Assembly: GCA_963836185.1 (NCBI GenBank)
Contig: CAWIIQ010000001.1
Coordinates: forward strand, 1,248,001-1,312,000
DNA: 64,000 nucleotides
Source: Candidatus Krumholzibacteriia bacterium
GTDB taxonomy: Bacteria > Krumholzibacteriota > Krumholzibacteriia > Krumholzibacteriales > Krumholzibacteriaceae
Direction of reading: 5' to 3'
Both the position numbers and the translations under genes were made by a program. This document shows positions 1 to 10,238 of the stretch, piece by piece (positions within the stretch are counted from its first letter, which is position 1; each line of letters opens with the position of its first letter). The notes under the pieces are model-generated. The model did no database searches. It saw nothing but the letters and a program-made list of their open reading frames with translations, and was not told where the DNA came from.

Positions 1-11
1 GTCCCAGCGCT

Positions 12-2228
12 TTGAAGAAAGACAGCCGGGTGCTTCCGGCGATCTACATCACTGTCTTTGTCATTCTCTCGATACTTCTCTTTCCACCGACCAGGAAGAC
101 AAGAGAGATAGCCTTCAACGAAGGTGACATAGCCGATGTCGATGTCATCGCTCCCCTCGATTTCGATGTGCCGCTGAGCGGCCAGGAGGTAGAGATCAAC
201 AGGGCGAGGGCCGCGGTCAGCGTACCCCCTGTGTACAGGATCAGGACAGAGGCGCTGGAGCATCTGCCCGGAGACCTTACCCTTCTGATGGAGAGGATAA
301 AAGAGGTCGCCCTGGCCGATTCCATCCCCCCGGAACAGCAGACTCAGATGATCAGGGAGATGGTTCCCGCCCTGGAGAGAGAGGCAGTAGAGCTGCTTCT
401 CGTGAAAGATACCCGGCGGACGATCCTCGATGAGGGACTCGATATACAGAAGCGTCTCCTGGAGCGGGGGATCATAAATGACGCTTCTCCGCTGAGGCGA
501 AGGGACTATCCGCACATTGCGCTCATCGACGGGGAATCGGAGAGCCTGAAGCCGGCAAACGGCCTGCTCGAACAGGGTCAACTCGAATCTGTCATACTCG
601 GCCGGGCGGAGAGAGCATTCCCCGGAAGTGATGACGCGCAGCAGCTCTTCTACGCGATCGTCCGGTCACATCTCGTTCCGAATATGATATACGATGCCCA
701 GGAGACGAGGCAGCGGCAGGAATCCGCGATGAACGAAGTCAAGGAGTTCTACGGGGTCTCCAAGAATCAGAGGATCATCGCGAAGCACGACAAGGTGACA
801 AAGAAACAGGTCGAGGAACTCGAGGCTCTCGAGGAATCGCGCACGGCTGAGGAACTGAAGACTTCTCCGGCAACGAGGATAATGCTGTTTTTCGGGAAGA
901 TCGTGAGGATGCTTCTTCTCGCCGCGATGTTCGGCGCGGCACTTTACAGGTTCGACAGAGCGCTTGTCATGGATGTGGAGAAGCTGACGCTGACATTCAT
1001 GATAATAATCTTCTACCTCCTGATGACTGCGCTTGTAGTAAGACTGCCTTTCCTGAGCATGTACCTCATACCTGCAGCCTTCGTAGCCCTGGTAGCGACG
1101 GCCTTTTTCGGTTCGCTCACCGCGCTGATATTCACGCTGTTCGCTTCGCTGATGCTGATCACACACGCCGAACTTCCGGGAAGCATCGTGTTCATAACGA
1201 TACTGGCAGGCTCGGCTGCTATATTCAGCATAGCTCATCTCCGCGAAAGGCGTAATTTCTACACGATATTTCTTTATACTTCTCTCGCGTATATAGTCGG
1301 GATCTCGAGTTTCGGCATCTCCGAGGCGTTCAGCCTCGGCGAGTTTCTTTTCGGGTCCCTGTGGGGAATCGCGAACGCGTTCGCGTGTACGATACTTGTC
1401 ATGTTCCTGATGCCGATATTCGAGTCGCTCTTCAGCGTGACAACGGACTTCACACTGATGGAGCTAAGTGACCTGAACAGGCCGCTGCTCAAACGTCTGA
1501 TAATCGAAGCCCCCGGGACTTACCATCACTCCCTGATGGTCGGCAATATGGTCGAGTCCGTCGCCCAGGAGGTCGGAGCCAACGGCCTTCTCGCGAGGGT
1601 GTCAGCATACTACCATGATATCGGTAAACTCGCCAAACCGGAGTACTTCTTCGAGAACAAGGGAGAGAACTTCAACAAGCACGAGAAACTCGCTCCTACG
1701 ATGTCGGCGCTGATACTTGCATCGCACGTCAAGGAAGGCCTGGACCTCGCGAAGAACGAGAAGATGCCCAAGGTCGTGATGGACGGTATCCGCGAGCATC
1801 ATGGAACGACTGTCATGGCGTTCTTTTACAACAAGGCACTCGAGTACGACTCTCACGACAGCGTCAATGTCGACGATTTCAGGTATCCGGGTCCGAGGCC
1901 GCAGTCTAAAGAGACAGCTCTGATAATGCTCGCCGATTCATGTGAAGCGGCGGTCAGGTCCCTGAAGGAACCGTCCGCGCCAAGGATCAGGGCTACCGTA
2001 TCGAAGATATTCGCGACAAGGATGAACGACGGGGAACTGGACAACAGCGGACTGACCCTTAATGACATCGCGGCGATAAGGGAGAAATACATTCAATTCC
2101 TCACCGGCATCTTCCACCCGCGGGTGCAGTATCCTTCGCAGGGAGAGCGGGAGAGGGAAGGTGATCACGAAGTTGAGGATAACGGCAGGCAGCAGCAGTC
2201 CGTCGGTGACAGGAAAAAGAGAGTTTGA
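12..2228 (+). CDS. 7TM-HD family phosphohydrolase (PgpH-like cyclic-di-AMP phosphodiesterase homolog)
   Basis: N-terminal TM, large extracytoplasmic domain, 7TM region, and HD domain with APGTYHHS, YYHDIGK, EHHGT and MLADSCEAA motifs. Directly upstream of ybeY, its usual context. Confidence 0.9.
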   Translation: MKKDSRVLPAIYITVFVILSILLFPPTRKTREIAFNEGDIADVDVIAPLDFDVPLSGQEVEINRARAAVSVPPVYRIRTEALEHLPGDLTLLMERIKEVALADSIPPEQQTQMIREMVPALEREAVELLLVKDTRRTILDEGLDIQKRLLERGIINDASPLRRRDYPHIALIDGESESLKPANGLLEQGQLESVILGRAERAFPGSDDAQQLFYAIVRSHLVPNMIYDAQETRQRQESAMNEVKEFYGVSKNQRIIAKHDKVTKKQVEELEALEESRTAEELKTSPATRIMLFFGKIVRMLLLAAMFGAALYRFDRALVMDVEKLTLTFMIIIFYLLMTALVVRLPFLSMYLIPAAFVALVATAFFGSLTALIFTLFASLMLITHAELPGSIVFITILAGSAAIFSIAHLRERRNFYTIFLYTSLAYIVGISSFGISEAFSLGEFLFGSLWGIANAFACTILVMFLMPIFESLFSVTTDFTLMELSDLNRPLLKRLIIEAPGTYHHSLMVGNMVESVAQEVGANGLLARVSAYYHDIGKLAKPEYFFENKGENFNKHEKLAPTMSALILASHVKEGLDLAKNEKMPKVVMDGIREHHGTTVMAFFYNKALEYDSHDSVNVDDFRYPGPRPQSKETALIMLADSCEAAVRSLKEPSAPRIRATVSKIFATRMNDGELDNSGLTLNDIAAIREKYIQFLTGIFHPRVQYPSQGEREREGDHEVEDNGRQQQSVGDRKKRV

Positions 2229-2637
2229 CCGCGCGGCAGGCCTGATCGAGGAGATGGGCCGTGGATGCGCCGGGGACAGGCAGGTCGAAGTCACTCTTAT
2301 AGGTGCTCGCCGCATGGCTCTCCTCAACCGGGAATACAAGCGTCGCAGGGGTGCCGCGGAGATCCTCACATTCAATTACGACGACGATCCCTCACCGGAA
2401 GAAGAGGGGCCGTCAGGTGAGATACTGATCTGCTGGAAGAGACTCGCCGCCTCAGCAGCGAGGCTGGGTGTTTCAAGACAGGTTTATCTCCTGAGGCTGG
2501 TCGCTCACGGACTGTCCCATCTCGAGGGATTTACGCACCGCGATGACGCGGAGGCGATGGAAATGGAAAAGCGCGAACGGGAGATCCTCTGTGGGACCGT
2601 AACGGAGAGGGATATAGCGAGGTTGTTCCGCTCTTAG
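2161..2637 (+). CDS. ybeY: rRNA maturation endoribonuclease YbeY
   Basis: HGLSHLEGFTH zinc motif (HxxxHxxGxxH), LNREY and ILTF motifs. Start codon uncertain. Confidence 0.9.
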   Translation: MITKLRITAGSSSPSVTGKREFDRAAGLIEEMGRGCAGDRQVEVTLIGARRMALLNREYKRRRGAAEILTFNYDDDPSPEEEGPSGEILICWKRLAASAARLGVSRQVYLLRLVAHGLSHLEGFTHRDDAEAMEMEKREREILCGTVTERDIARLFRS

Positions 2638-2651
2638 AGAACAGTGAAATC

Positions 2652-3904
2652 ATGCAACCACTTATATTGAATACTATCGCGCTGCTTCTGCTGACGGTAG
2701 CCCAGTTTCTCGCCGCCGGGGGCTTTACTGCCTTCACGAAGATATCCCGCATGAGCGAGGAAAGGGTCTTCCCGAAGGGTTCCGGAGCTGACAGCTGCCC
2801 CAGGATGATCCACAGGGGAAGGCTCCACGCGGCGATGATACTCGTCGCTGTCCAGGTCGTCCTTATCGCGGCCGTCTCGTATGTGCTTCCAGCGACCGAG
2901 GACGCGATAATCGAATGGTCGTCAGGCAGGCATATCTTCACCGTCGCCGTGGTACCTGTCGCTGTCGTCTTTCTCATGCTGATCGCGGCGCTGGCGGGGA
3001 CAGGCATCGCTGTCAGGCATCCCGCCGGGATGGCCAGGTTCGTGTCTTACCCCTTCTGCCCCGTGTATATTCTGCTCAGGCCCTTCTCCGGTCTGCTTCT
3101 GAGGATAATGGGCCTTATTTTCCCGGAACTCCCCGGGGAGCTTGCCTCGCCCTTCATGCTTATCCATCATTCCGTCGAGCCTGGTGAGGGATTCATCGAG
3201 GAAAACGGAAGCAGACTCGTCAACAGCATCGTCGAGTTCGGAGAGAAGAAGGTGCGTGAAGTAATGGTGCCCAGGATCGATGTATTCGCTATCGAGAAAG
3301 GGCTGACGATGACCGAGGTCCGCGAGTGTGCTCTCCGGCGCCGGGCATTCACGCGTGCCTGTTTATGACGGTAACATCGACCGGATCGTCGGCATGCTCT
3401 ACGTGAAGGACCTGGTGGCGGTCGAGGATGGTGAAGAGGACAGGGGTATCGAGCATCCTGACGCGGGAGCCCTATTTTGTTCCTGAGGGCAAGAAGATCG
3501 ACGACCTTCTCAATGAGTTTCAGGTCAAGAAGATGCATATGGCGATAGTCGTCGACGAGTATGGGGGGACCTCGGGCATCGTGACTCTCGAGGATATACT
3601 CGAGGAGATCGTAGGTGAGATACGTGACGAGTTCGACCATGAAGCCCCTCTCGTCAGGAAGGCGGGAGAGGGCAGGTACGTGGTCGAGGGCAGGACATCT
3701 CTCGATGATCTCGGCGAGATGCTCGGGAGGGAGCTCTCCTCCGAGGATGTCGACACGCTTGGAGGATTCCTCTACAACCTCCTGGGCAGGGTTCCCGAGG
3801 AGGGAGAGGAGTTCGAGTACGAAGGAATGACCTTCAGGATAGAACGTCTCGAAGGGCAGAGGATAGCCGAGGTCGTCCTGACGATTGCCGACCGGGAGGA
3901 ATAG
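2652..3904 (+). CDS. HlyC/CorC (CNNM-CBS-CorC) family protein, split by two frameshifts (~3340, ~3440)
   Basis: TM region, VREVMVPRIDV, GHSRVPVYDGNIDRIVGMLYVKDL (in a shifted frame), MAIVVDEYGGTSGIVTLEDILEEIVGEI and CorC tail DTLGG. Confidence 0.9.
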
Positions 3905-3908
3905 ACTG

Positions 3909-4569
3909 ATGTTCATATGGCTGAGAAGAAAGTTGCTCACGGGCCTGCTGATCCTGATGCCGACCCTGCTGACCGGCTGGATACTAATCCGGCTTTTCAG
4001 GTTCGGCGGATAACATCCTTGAACCGGTCATCGTGAGGTATCCCTTTCTCGACATACCGGGACTGGGATTCTTCGCGGTAATCATCATCCTGCTGCTCAC
4101 GGGGATATTCGCCGGGAATTTTATAGGGCGCCGGACTATCCACTGGGTGGAGAAAGGGATCAACCAGATCCCGATGGTGAGCTGGATGTATACTGCCTTT
4201 AAGCAGATGAGCGAGGTGTTCCTGCACGAGAAGAGGACGGCTTTCCGCAGAGCTATCATCTTGGAATACCCGCGCAGAGGTGTATATGCGGTCGGATTCG
4301 TGACCTCGACCTGGAACTACCACGACTCGAGCGGGAGAGAAAGAGTCTTTATAAATGTCTTTCTTCCCACGACCCCCATCCCTACGTCGGGCCTCTTCCT
4401 CATGATCCCAGAGGAGGACACGATCCCGATGAACTGTTCAGTCGACGAGGCTCTTAAGATGGTGATATCGGGGGGTGCAATAACTACGTCGATCCCAGCC
4501 ATCGATGCTGCGAGGGAAGCTGCTGAAAGCGGCGACAGCGCCGCCGGTGAATCCTCTCCACGGGAATAA
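3909..4569 (+). CDS. DUF502 membrane protein (frameshift ~4000)
   Basis: ATG 3909 gives MFIWLRRKLLTGLLILMP, continuing in ORF 4033-4569 with EYPRRG, GFVT and FLPTTPIPTSG motifs. Confidence 0.85.
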
Positions 4570-4658
4570 TTCCTTGACTGTAGACCAGTTCCGCTTCATC
4601 CTGTTGTCCTGCCAGCAGTGCCCGGCGCACGGCTGCGCGTGTAAAGGCAAGGATAGAT

Positions 4659-6018
4659 ATGGATGATAATCTCGATCTCAAGGTCGATTCGATAAGGGAA
4701 CTCTTCGAATCTGGAGGGACGGCACGGTTCGCCAGTGCCCTCGAGGGTTTGCGTGCGCCTGACACCGCTGAGGTCCTTACCGCCCTTCCCGGGGAGATCC
4801 AGATCCCCCTCTTCAAGTCGATGGAGCAGGAGATGGCCAGCGAGGTCCTCACGCTCGTCGACGAGGGGATAGCACGCGATATCCTGGAGCATCTCACGAT
4901 CGACGAGATCGTCCCTCTGATCGACTTCATGGCAAGCGATGACGCCACCGATATCATAAATCTCCTCGACTCCGACACGGCGGGAGCGGTCCTTCGCAGG
5001 ATAAGCCGCGAGGATTACGAGGATGTCTCCGAGCTCCTGAAGTTCGACGAGGAATCGGCCGGCGGCCTGATGGCCAGAGAGCTCGTCACTGTCCGTTCAG
5101 GCAAGTCGATATCCGATGTGATCGCGACGCTGCGCAGTGAGCACGACAGCATTGAACATATCCAGTACATATATGTCGTGGACAGCGAAGGTGTCCTTCT
5201 CGGGACGATCCCCGTAATCAACCTGCTCGTCACCGACCCTGGCAAGAAGGTCGAAGAGGTGATGGAACGCGACTTCCTGAAGGTGACTGCCGATACCGAC
5301 CAGGAAGAGGTCGCGGCGATGTTCTCCAAGTACGATCTCTACTCGATGCCCGTAGTCGACGATAGCGGAAGGCTCGCCGGCCGGATCACCGTTGACGATA
5401 TAATCGACGTCATAGAGGAAGAGGCGACCGAGGACATCTCGATGATGGCCGGTACTGGAGAAGAGGAGTTCTACGAGAGGTCGCCGGTAAAGCTATCAAG
5501 GGCGAGGCTGCCCTGGCTGCTGACGGGCCTGCTCGGCGGGATAGCTTCGGCCGTGATAATGAACAGTTTCAAGGAATCGTTCGAGTCGGTGCTGACCCTG
5601 GCGTTTTTTGTTCCGGTGATCATGGCAATGGGAGGAAATGTCGGCATTCAGTCCTCGGCGATCGTCGTCAGGGAGATTGCTCTCGGAGGGTTGAGCGTCT
5701 CGCAGACGGGGGGGAAGTTGCTCCGCGAGCTGAAAGTCTCGATAATCAACGGCATCGTCATAGGCACGGTACTCCTGATAATGGTAACGATATGGCAGAA
5801 GGACTACAGGCTCGGGCCTTCTGCTCGGTATCTGCATGTTCATCATCATATGCTGGGCAACGATAATGGGGGCGTTCATCCCCCTGATGCTCAAAAAGGC
5901 CAACATCGACCCCGCGCTCGCGACCGGCCCCTTCATCACGACATTCAACGATATTCTAGGTATAGCCATCTATCTCGGTATCGCCACTGTCTTCCTCGAG
6001 TGGCTTGGGAAGGGTTGA
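4659..6018 (+). CDS. mgtE: Magnesium transporter MgtE (frameshift ~5815)
   Basis: MgtE_N and CBS pair, RLPWL, GGNVGIQS; C-terminal IDPALATGPFITTFNDILG lies in ORF 5836-6018. Confidence 0.95.
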
Positions 6019-6036
6019 CGGACGGGACGGTGAGAG

Positions 6037-6784
6037 GTGAGCGTAATCCTCAAGGACAGGGCTGTCATTCTCAAGACATGGGAGTATGGCGAAACGAGTC
6101 TTGTCGTATCCGCGCTGACGAGAGCGGGAGGTAAGGCGAATTTCCTGGCCAAGGGGGCAAAGCGGGCAAAGAGTCTGATGCACGGAAGGTTCCGGACGGG
6201 GAATGTGGGGGATATCATATATTACGACAAACCGGGAAGAGGGCTGAAGCTGATCAAGGAATTCTCCGCCGGCCCCATGTTCGATTCGATGGATGCCGGG
6301 TTCGAGCGCCTCTGTATCTTTCAGGCCGGGCTGGAGCTCTGCCGGCCGGGCATCGGCGGGAGATGAGCAGGAAGGGACGGTCTTCGATCTCGTGGAGGCG
6401 TTCATCTCCGAGCTCGTTTCCGGCGCTGATCCCTGGGCGGCATTCTTCGCACTCGAGATTATGCTGCTTACCGCCTCAGGGCTGATGCCGGAGATCGAGC
6501 GCTGCGACCGTTGTAAAAAAGAACTTGCGGGATGCGGGTTTTCTGTAAATCCTACGAGTGGCGCCGTTGAATGCGGCGGCTGCACTGCGGGCGAGGGAAC
6601 CCTCTCGCCGGGATCGTGCGATCTCCTCGCGAGGATGTCTGCCGGTTTCAAGGGAGTGCGCGGGGTGGAGATAGGCGCGGAGGCCCGCAGGGAGATCGGT
6701 ACCCTCCTGCACCACATGTTGACGCATCACATGGATGGATACAGGCTTCCCGGTTCTCTCGGGATGCTGAAAGGAGTCAGCTGA
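6037..6784 (+). CDS. recO: DNA repair protein RecO (frameshift ~6340)
   Basis: N-terminal OB fold ([14 protein letters not shown]), CxxC...CxxC zinc finger, and position upstream of glyQ. Confidence 0.9.
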
Positions 6785-6786
6785 GG

Positions 6787-7686
6787 ATGACGTTTCAGGA
6801 ACTGGTGGCTGCCCTCGACGGGTTCTGGTCCAAGAACGGGTGCCTCGTGACAACGCCTTACAACTCAGAGGTGGGGGCCGGCACGATGAATCCGTCCACC
6901 TTCCTGAGGGTCCTCGGGCCGGAGCCGTGGAAGGCCGCCTATATCGAACCGAGCAAAAGGCCGAACGACGGCAGGTACGGCGAGAATCCAAACAGGGTTC
7001 AGCAGTTCAACCAGTACCAGGTGATCCTGAAGCCTTCACCCGATGATGTGCTGCCGCTCTACATCGAGAGTATGAAGGCGATCGGAATCGATCCGGAGAT
7101 GCACGACATCCGGCTCCTCGAGGATGACTGGGAGTCGCCTACCCTCGGCGCTTCCGGCCTTGGATGGGAGGTATGGCTGGACGGGATGGAGATCACGCAG
7201 TTCACCTACTTCCAGCAGGCGGGAGGGCTGGAGCTCGATCCGATCGCGGCCGAGATCACATACGGGCTCGAGAGGATCGCGATGTATATCCAGAAGGTTG
7301 ACGACATCATGGAGATCGAATGGCACGACGGCGTCAAGTGGGGCGAGCTGAACATGCAGGCCGAGCGTGAATTCAGCGCGTTTCATTTCGAGCACGCCGA
7401 TACAGAAATGTACTTCGGGATATTCGAGAAATTCCAGGGAGAGGCGCGGAGGATGCTCGAGAAGGGGTTGATACTGCCCGCATACGACTACGTCCTGAAA
7501 TGCTCGCATATATTCAATATCCTCGACGCGAGAGGCGCTATCAGCGTTTCCGAGAGGACCAGTTACATCGGCAGGATAAGGGACCTCGCACGGAGGACCG
7601 CCGAGGCGTACGTAGCGGAGAGAGAAAGACTCGGGTTCCCTCTGCTCAGGGAAAAGAAGAAAACCGGAGGAAAGGTTTCGCGATGA
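6787..7686 (+). CDS. glyQ: Glycine-tRNA ligase alpha subunit
   Basis: MTFQE start, [43 protein letters not shown]. Confidence 0.98.
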   Translation: MTFQELVAALDGFWSKNGCLVTTPYNSEVGAGTMNPSTFLRVLGPEPWKAAYIEPSKRPNDGRYGENPNRVQQFNQYQVILKPSPDDVLPLYIESMKAIGIDPEMHDIRLLEDDWESPTLGASGLGWEVWLDGMEITQFTYFQQAGGLELDPIAAEITYGLERIAMYIQKVDDIMEIEWHDGVKWGELNMQAEREFSAFHFEHADTEMYFGIFEKFQGEARRMLEKGLILPAYDYVLKCSHIFNILDARGAISVSERTSYIGRIRDLARRTAEAYVAERERLGFPLLREKKKTGGKVSR

Positions 7687-9848
7687 AGAACGACTTCCTG
7701 CTCGAGATCGGCTGCGAGAACCTGCCCAGTGGATATATCGATGGAGCGCTGCGCCAGCTCGAGGAGAAATTCTCGAAGGAGCTTCGCTCCATGAATGTCG
7801 AATATGACTCCCTCTACGTGACAGGTACGCCCAACCGTCTTGTCGTGCACATCAAGGGGCTGCCCGTAAGGCAGGAAGGGTCAGTTACCACTGTCACAGG
7901 GCCCCCCGTTTCGGTGGCAGTCGCTGAAGACGGAAGCTGGACGAAAGCGGCCGAGGGATTCGCGAAGAAGCAGGGTGTAACGGTTGGTGACCTCACACGT
8001 CTGAAGACGGACAGGGGAGAGTACCTTGCTGTCGAGGTCACTGAAGAGGGAAGGCCCCTCGACGTGGTGCTGCGTGAGATGGTCCCGGCCTGGATATCGT
8101 CTCTCCGTTTTCCAAAGGTGATGAAGTGGGATGATACAGATCTCAGATTCGCCCGGCCGGTAAGGTGGGTCCTGTCGCTGCTAGGCGATGGGGTGCTGAA
8201 GTTCGATCTCGGAGGACTCTCGTCAGCCTCCGCTACCAGGCTCTCCCCATACTTCGAGGAGAATGTGGCGATCGAAGGGCAGAAGCACTATTTCGAGGTG
8301 CTGAAAAAGGACCGGATCATCCTCGATCGCGTGAAGAGGGAGGAAAAGGTTCGAAGCGAGGCGCGGAAAGCAGCTGAGGGAGCCGGATGGCTCCTCGTGG
8401 AAGATGACGAGCTGTGCTCGATGGTCGCCAACCTCGTCGAGACACCTGTTGCCATGGCGGGCTCATTCGATAAAAAGTTCCTCGAACTGCCGCGCGAGGT
8501 GATAGTGACAGCGCTCAAGAGCCACCAGCGGTATTTTTCCGTACAGGCGAAGAACGGGGACCTCAAGCCGGGATTTATCGCGTTCGCAGATGGCGCGAGG
8601 AAGAACAAGGCCGAAATATTGAAGGGATACGAGAGGGTACTGCAGGCGAGGCTCGAGGATGCGGGCTTCTATTACAGGGAGGATACCTCTATATCCCTTG
8701 AGAAGATGTCAGAACGTCTCGGCGGGATCGTATGGCTTGAAGGGCTGGGCACTCTTGCCGACAAGGCAGTCAGGACCGCATCGCTGGCCGCCCGGATTGG
8801 CGGCTCCTGGAAGCCCGGAGAGAGTGCGCTGGCCGGCAGGCTGGAGCGCGCGGCACGTCTGGCGAAAGCCGATCTGGCCAGCGAGATGGTCAAGGACGGC
8901 AAGGAATTCACGAAACTCCAGGGATATATTGGAAGGGAGTACGCCAGGGCGGCTGGAGAGGATGACGAGGTGGCCGAAGCTGTCTTCGAACATTATCTCC
9001 CCAGATTCTCGGGGGATTCGCTGCCGGCGACGGACACCGGTACCGTGCTGGCTCTCGCCGACAGGCTCGACACTATCGCGGGTTGTTTTATCCAGGGATT
9101 CGGACCGACAGGATCACAGGACCCATATGCCCTGCGCCGACAGGCTGTCGGAATCCTCCGCATCTGTTCGGAGAAAGGGATACCCCTGGAGATTCCAGAA
9201 ACACTTGCCTTCTGCCTCGGACAATACGGGGAGGAGGCGGTCGACTCCTCGGGGAAGAAGAGCGGCGAGCTCCTCGAAGGCATGATCGACCTTTTCTCGC
9301 AGAGGTTAAACTCGATCCTTCGCGCGCGGGGATTCGACTATGATATCGTCGCGGCAGCCCTTACCGCCCCGTGGCAGTATCCATCGGCTGTAGAGGGGAT
9401 GGTCGGGAGTCTGGGGGAGATGAGAGAAAAAGGCAGCCTTCAGGATTTTGCGCTGGCGATGAAGCGGATCGTCAATATCCTGCCGAAGAAGTACAGAAGG
9501 CCTGTATCGCGGGAAGAGGGCGATAGTGCGCTGCTTGAGATATCAGGCGCTGATGGAGCGGTCCACTCGTTCGACCCGGAACTCTTTGCCGAAGATCAGG
9601 AGAAGGTCCTCTTCGAGGCAGCCTCGACGGCGGCGGGCAGGATGCGGACCCTCGGACCAGCGGAATCGAGCGTCAGTCTCGATATCCTGGCCAGCCTGGT
9701 ACCCTCGGTAAACTCGTATTTTGACGAGGTTCTGGTGAATTGTGAAGACGAATCAGTGAAAAAAAACAGAATTGCCTTCCTTCTGGCCCTCAGCAGGTTT
9801 TCAGGGCGATTCTGCAATTTTTTAGAGATCGTCTCCGATCAGGGGTAG
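7683..9848 (+). CDS. glyS: Glycine-tRNA ligase beta subunit
   Basis: [49 protein letters not shown]; ATGA overlap with glyQ. Confidence 0.98.
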   Translation: MKNDFLLEIGCENLPSGYIDGALRQLEEKFSKELRSMNVEYDSLYVTGTPNRLVVHIKGLPVRQEGSVTTVTGPPVSVAVAEDGSWTKAAEGFAKKQGVTVGDLTRLKTDRGEYLAVEVTEEGRPLDVVLREMVPAWISSLRFPKVMKWDDTDLRFARPVRWVLSLLGDGVLKFDLGGLSSASATRLSPYFEENVAIEGQKHYFEVLKKDRIILDRVKREEKVRSEARKAAEGAGWLLVEDDELCSMVANLVETPVAMAGSFDKKFLELPREVIVTALKSHQRYFSVQAKNGDLKPGFIAFADGARKNKAEILKGYERVLQARLEDAGFYYREDTSISLEKMSERLGGIVWLEGLGTLADKAVRTASLAARIGGSWKPGESALAGRLERAARLAKADLASEMVKDGKEFTKLQGYIGREYARAAGEDDEVAEAVFEHYLPRFSGDSLPATDTGTVLALADRLDTIAGCFIQGFGPTGSQDPYALRRQAVGILRICSEKGIPLEIPETLAFCLGQYGEEAVDSSGKKSGELLEGMIDLFSQRLNSILRARGFDYDIVAAALTAPWQYPSAVEGMVGSLGEMREKGSLQDFALAMKRIVNILPKKYRRPVSREEGDSALLEISGADGAVHSFDPELFAEDQEKVLFEAASTAAGRMRTLGPAESSVSLDILASLVPSVNSYFDEVLVNCEDESVKKNRIAFLLALSRFSGRFCNFLEIVSDQG

Positions 9849-9942
9849 TAAGATAATTTTCCTGGTGTCCTCTTTTGGGGCGGCATATGGCCCCGAAGCT
9901 CCACAATTCGCATAATTGCCTTATTCTAGGTATATATACTGG

Positions 9943-9972
9943 TTGACAGATCGCCTCTTCCTGTGATAAAAT
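9943..9972 (+). promoter_or_regulatory. Sigma70-type promoter
   Basis: TTGACA (9943-9948), 18-bp spacer, extended -10 TGnTAAAAT (9964-9972), AT-rich upstream region. Confidence 0.8.
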
Positions 9973-9979
9973 CCTCAAG

Positions 9980-10193
9980 ATCTCAGAGTAGACGTTTGGT
10001 CGTGCCCCCTGTGGGCGAACCTTCGTGGTACGCAGGGTTTCCACTACGCCGACCGCCGTTGGAGAACCAGACTTACTCGACATAATTTTGGAGCTCAACG
10101 GGAAAGAGACCTTGCACGGACCAGCTGGATCATTCGAAAGGAGTAAGGGTAAATACGATCCGGTCAGATGGTTTTCAACGCCACTACTGAGAT
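9980..10193 (+). ncRNA. Candidate structured leader RNA (unassigned family)
   Basis: The 5' end ATCTCAG(AG)TAG at the predicted TSS pairs with CTACTGAGAT (10184-10193). Several internal stems, plus a loop-loop complementarity CTTACTC/GAGTAAG. Confidence 0.5.
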
Positions 10194-10238
10194 AATAATA
10201 GTTTAGGTTTATTCTCTTAACGCTGGGGGGAATAAATA

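Noticed and set aside
2652-6784. Pseudogenes of corC, DUF502, mgtE and recO
   Set aside because: Single indels only, with motifs intact on both sides; more consistent with sequencing error.
10012-10150. c-di-GMP-I riboswitch resemblance (GGCGAACC...ACGCAGG; CATTCGAAAG)
   Set aside because: The fragments are not arranged as in the GEMM consensus, and GGCAAA/GCAAAG are not intact.
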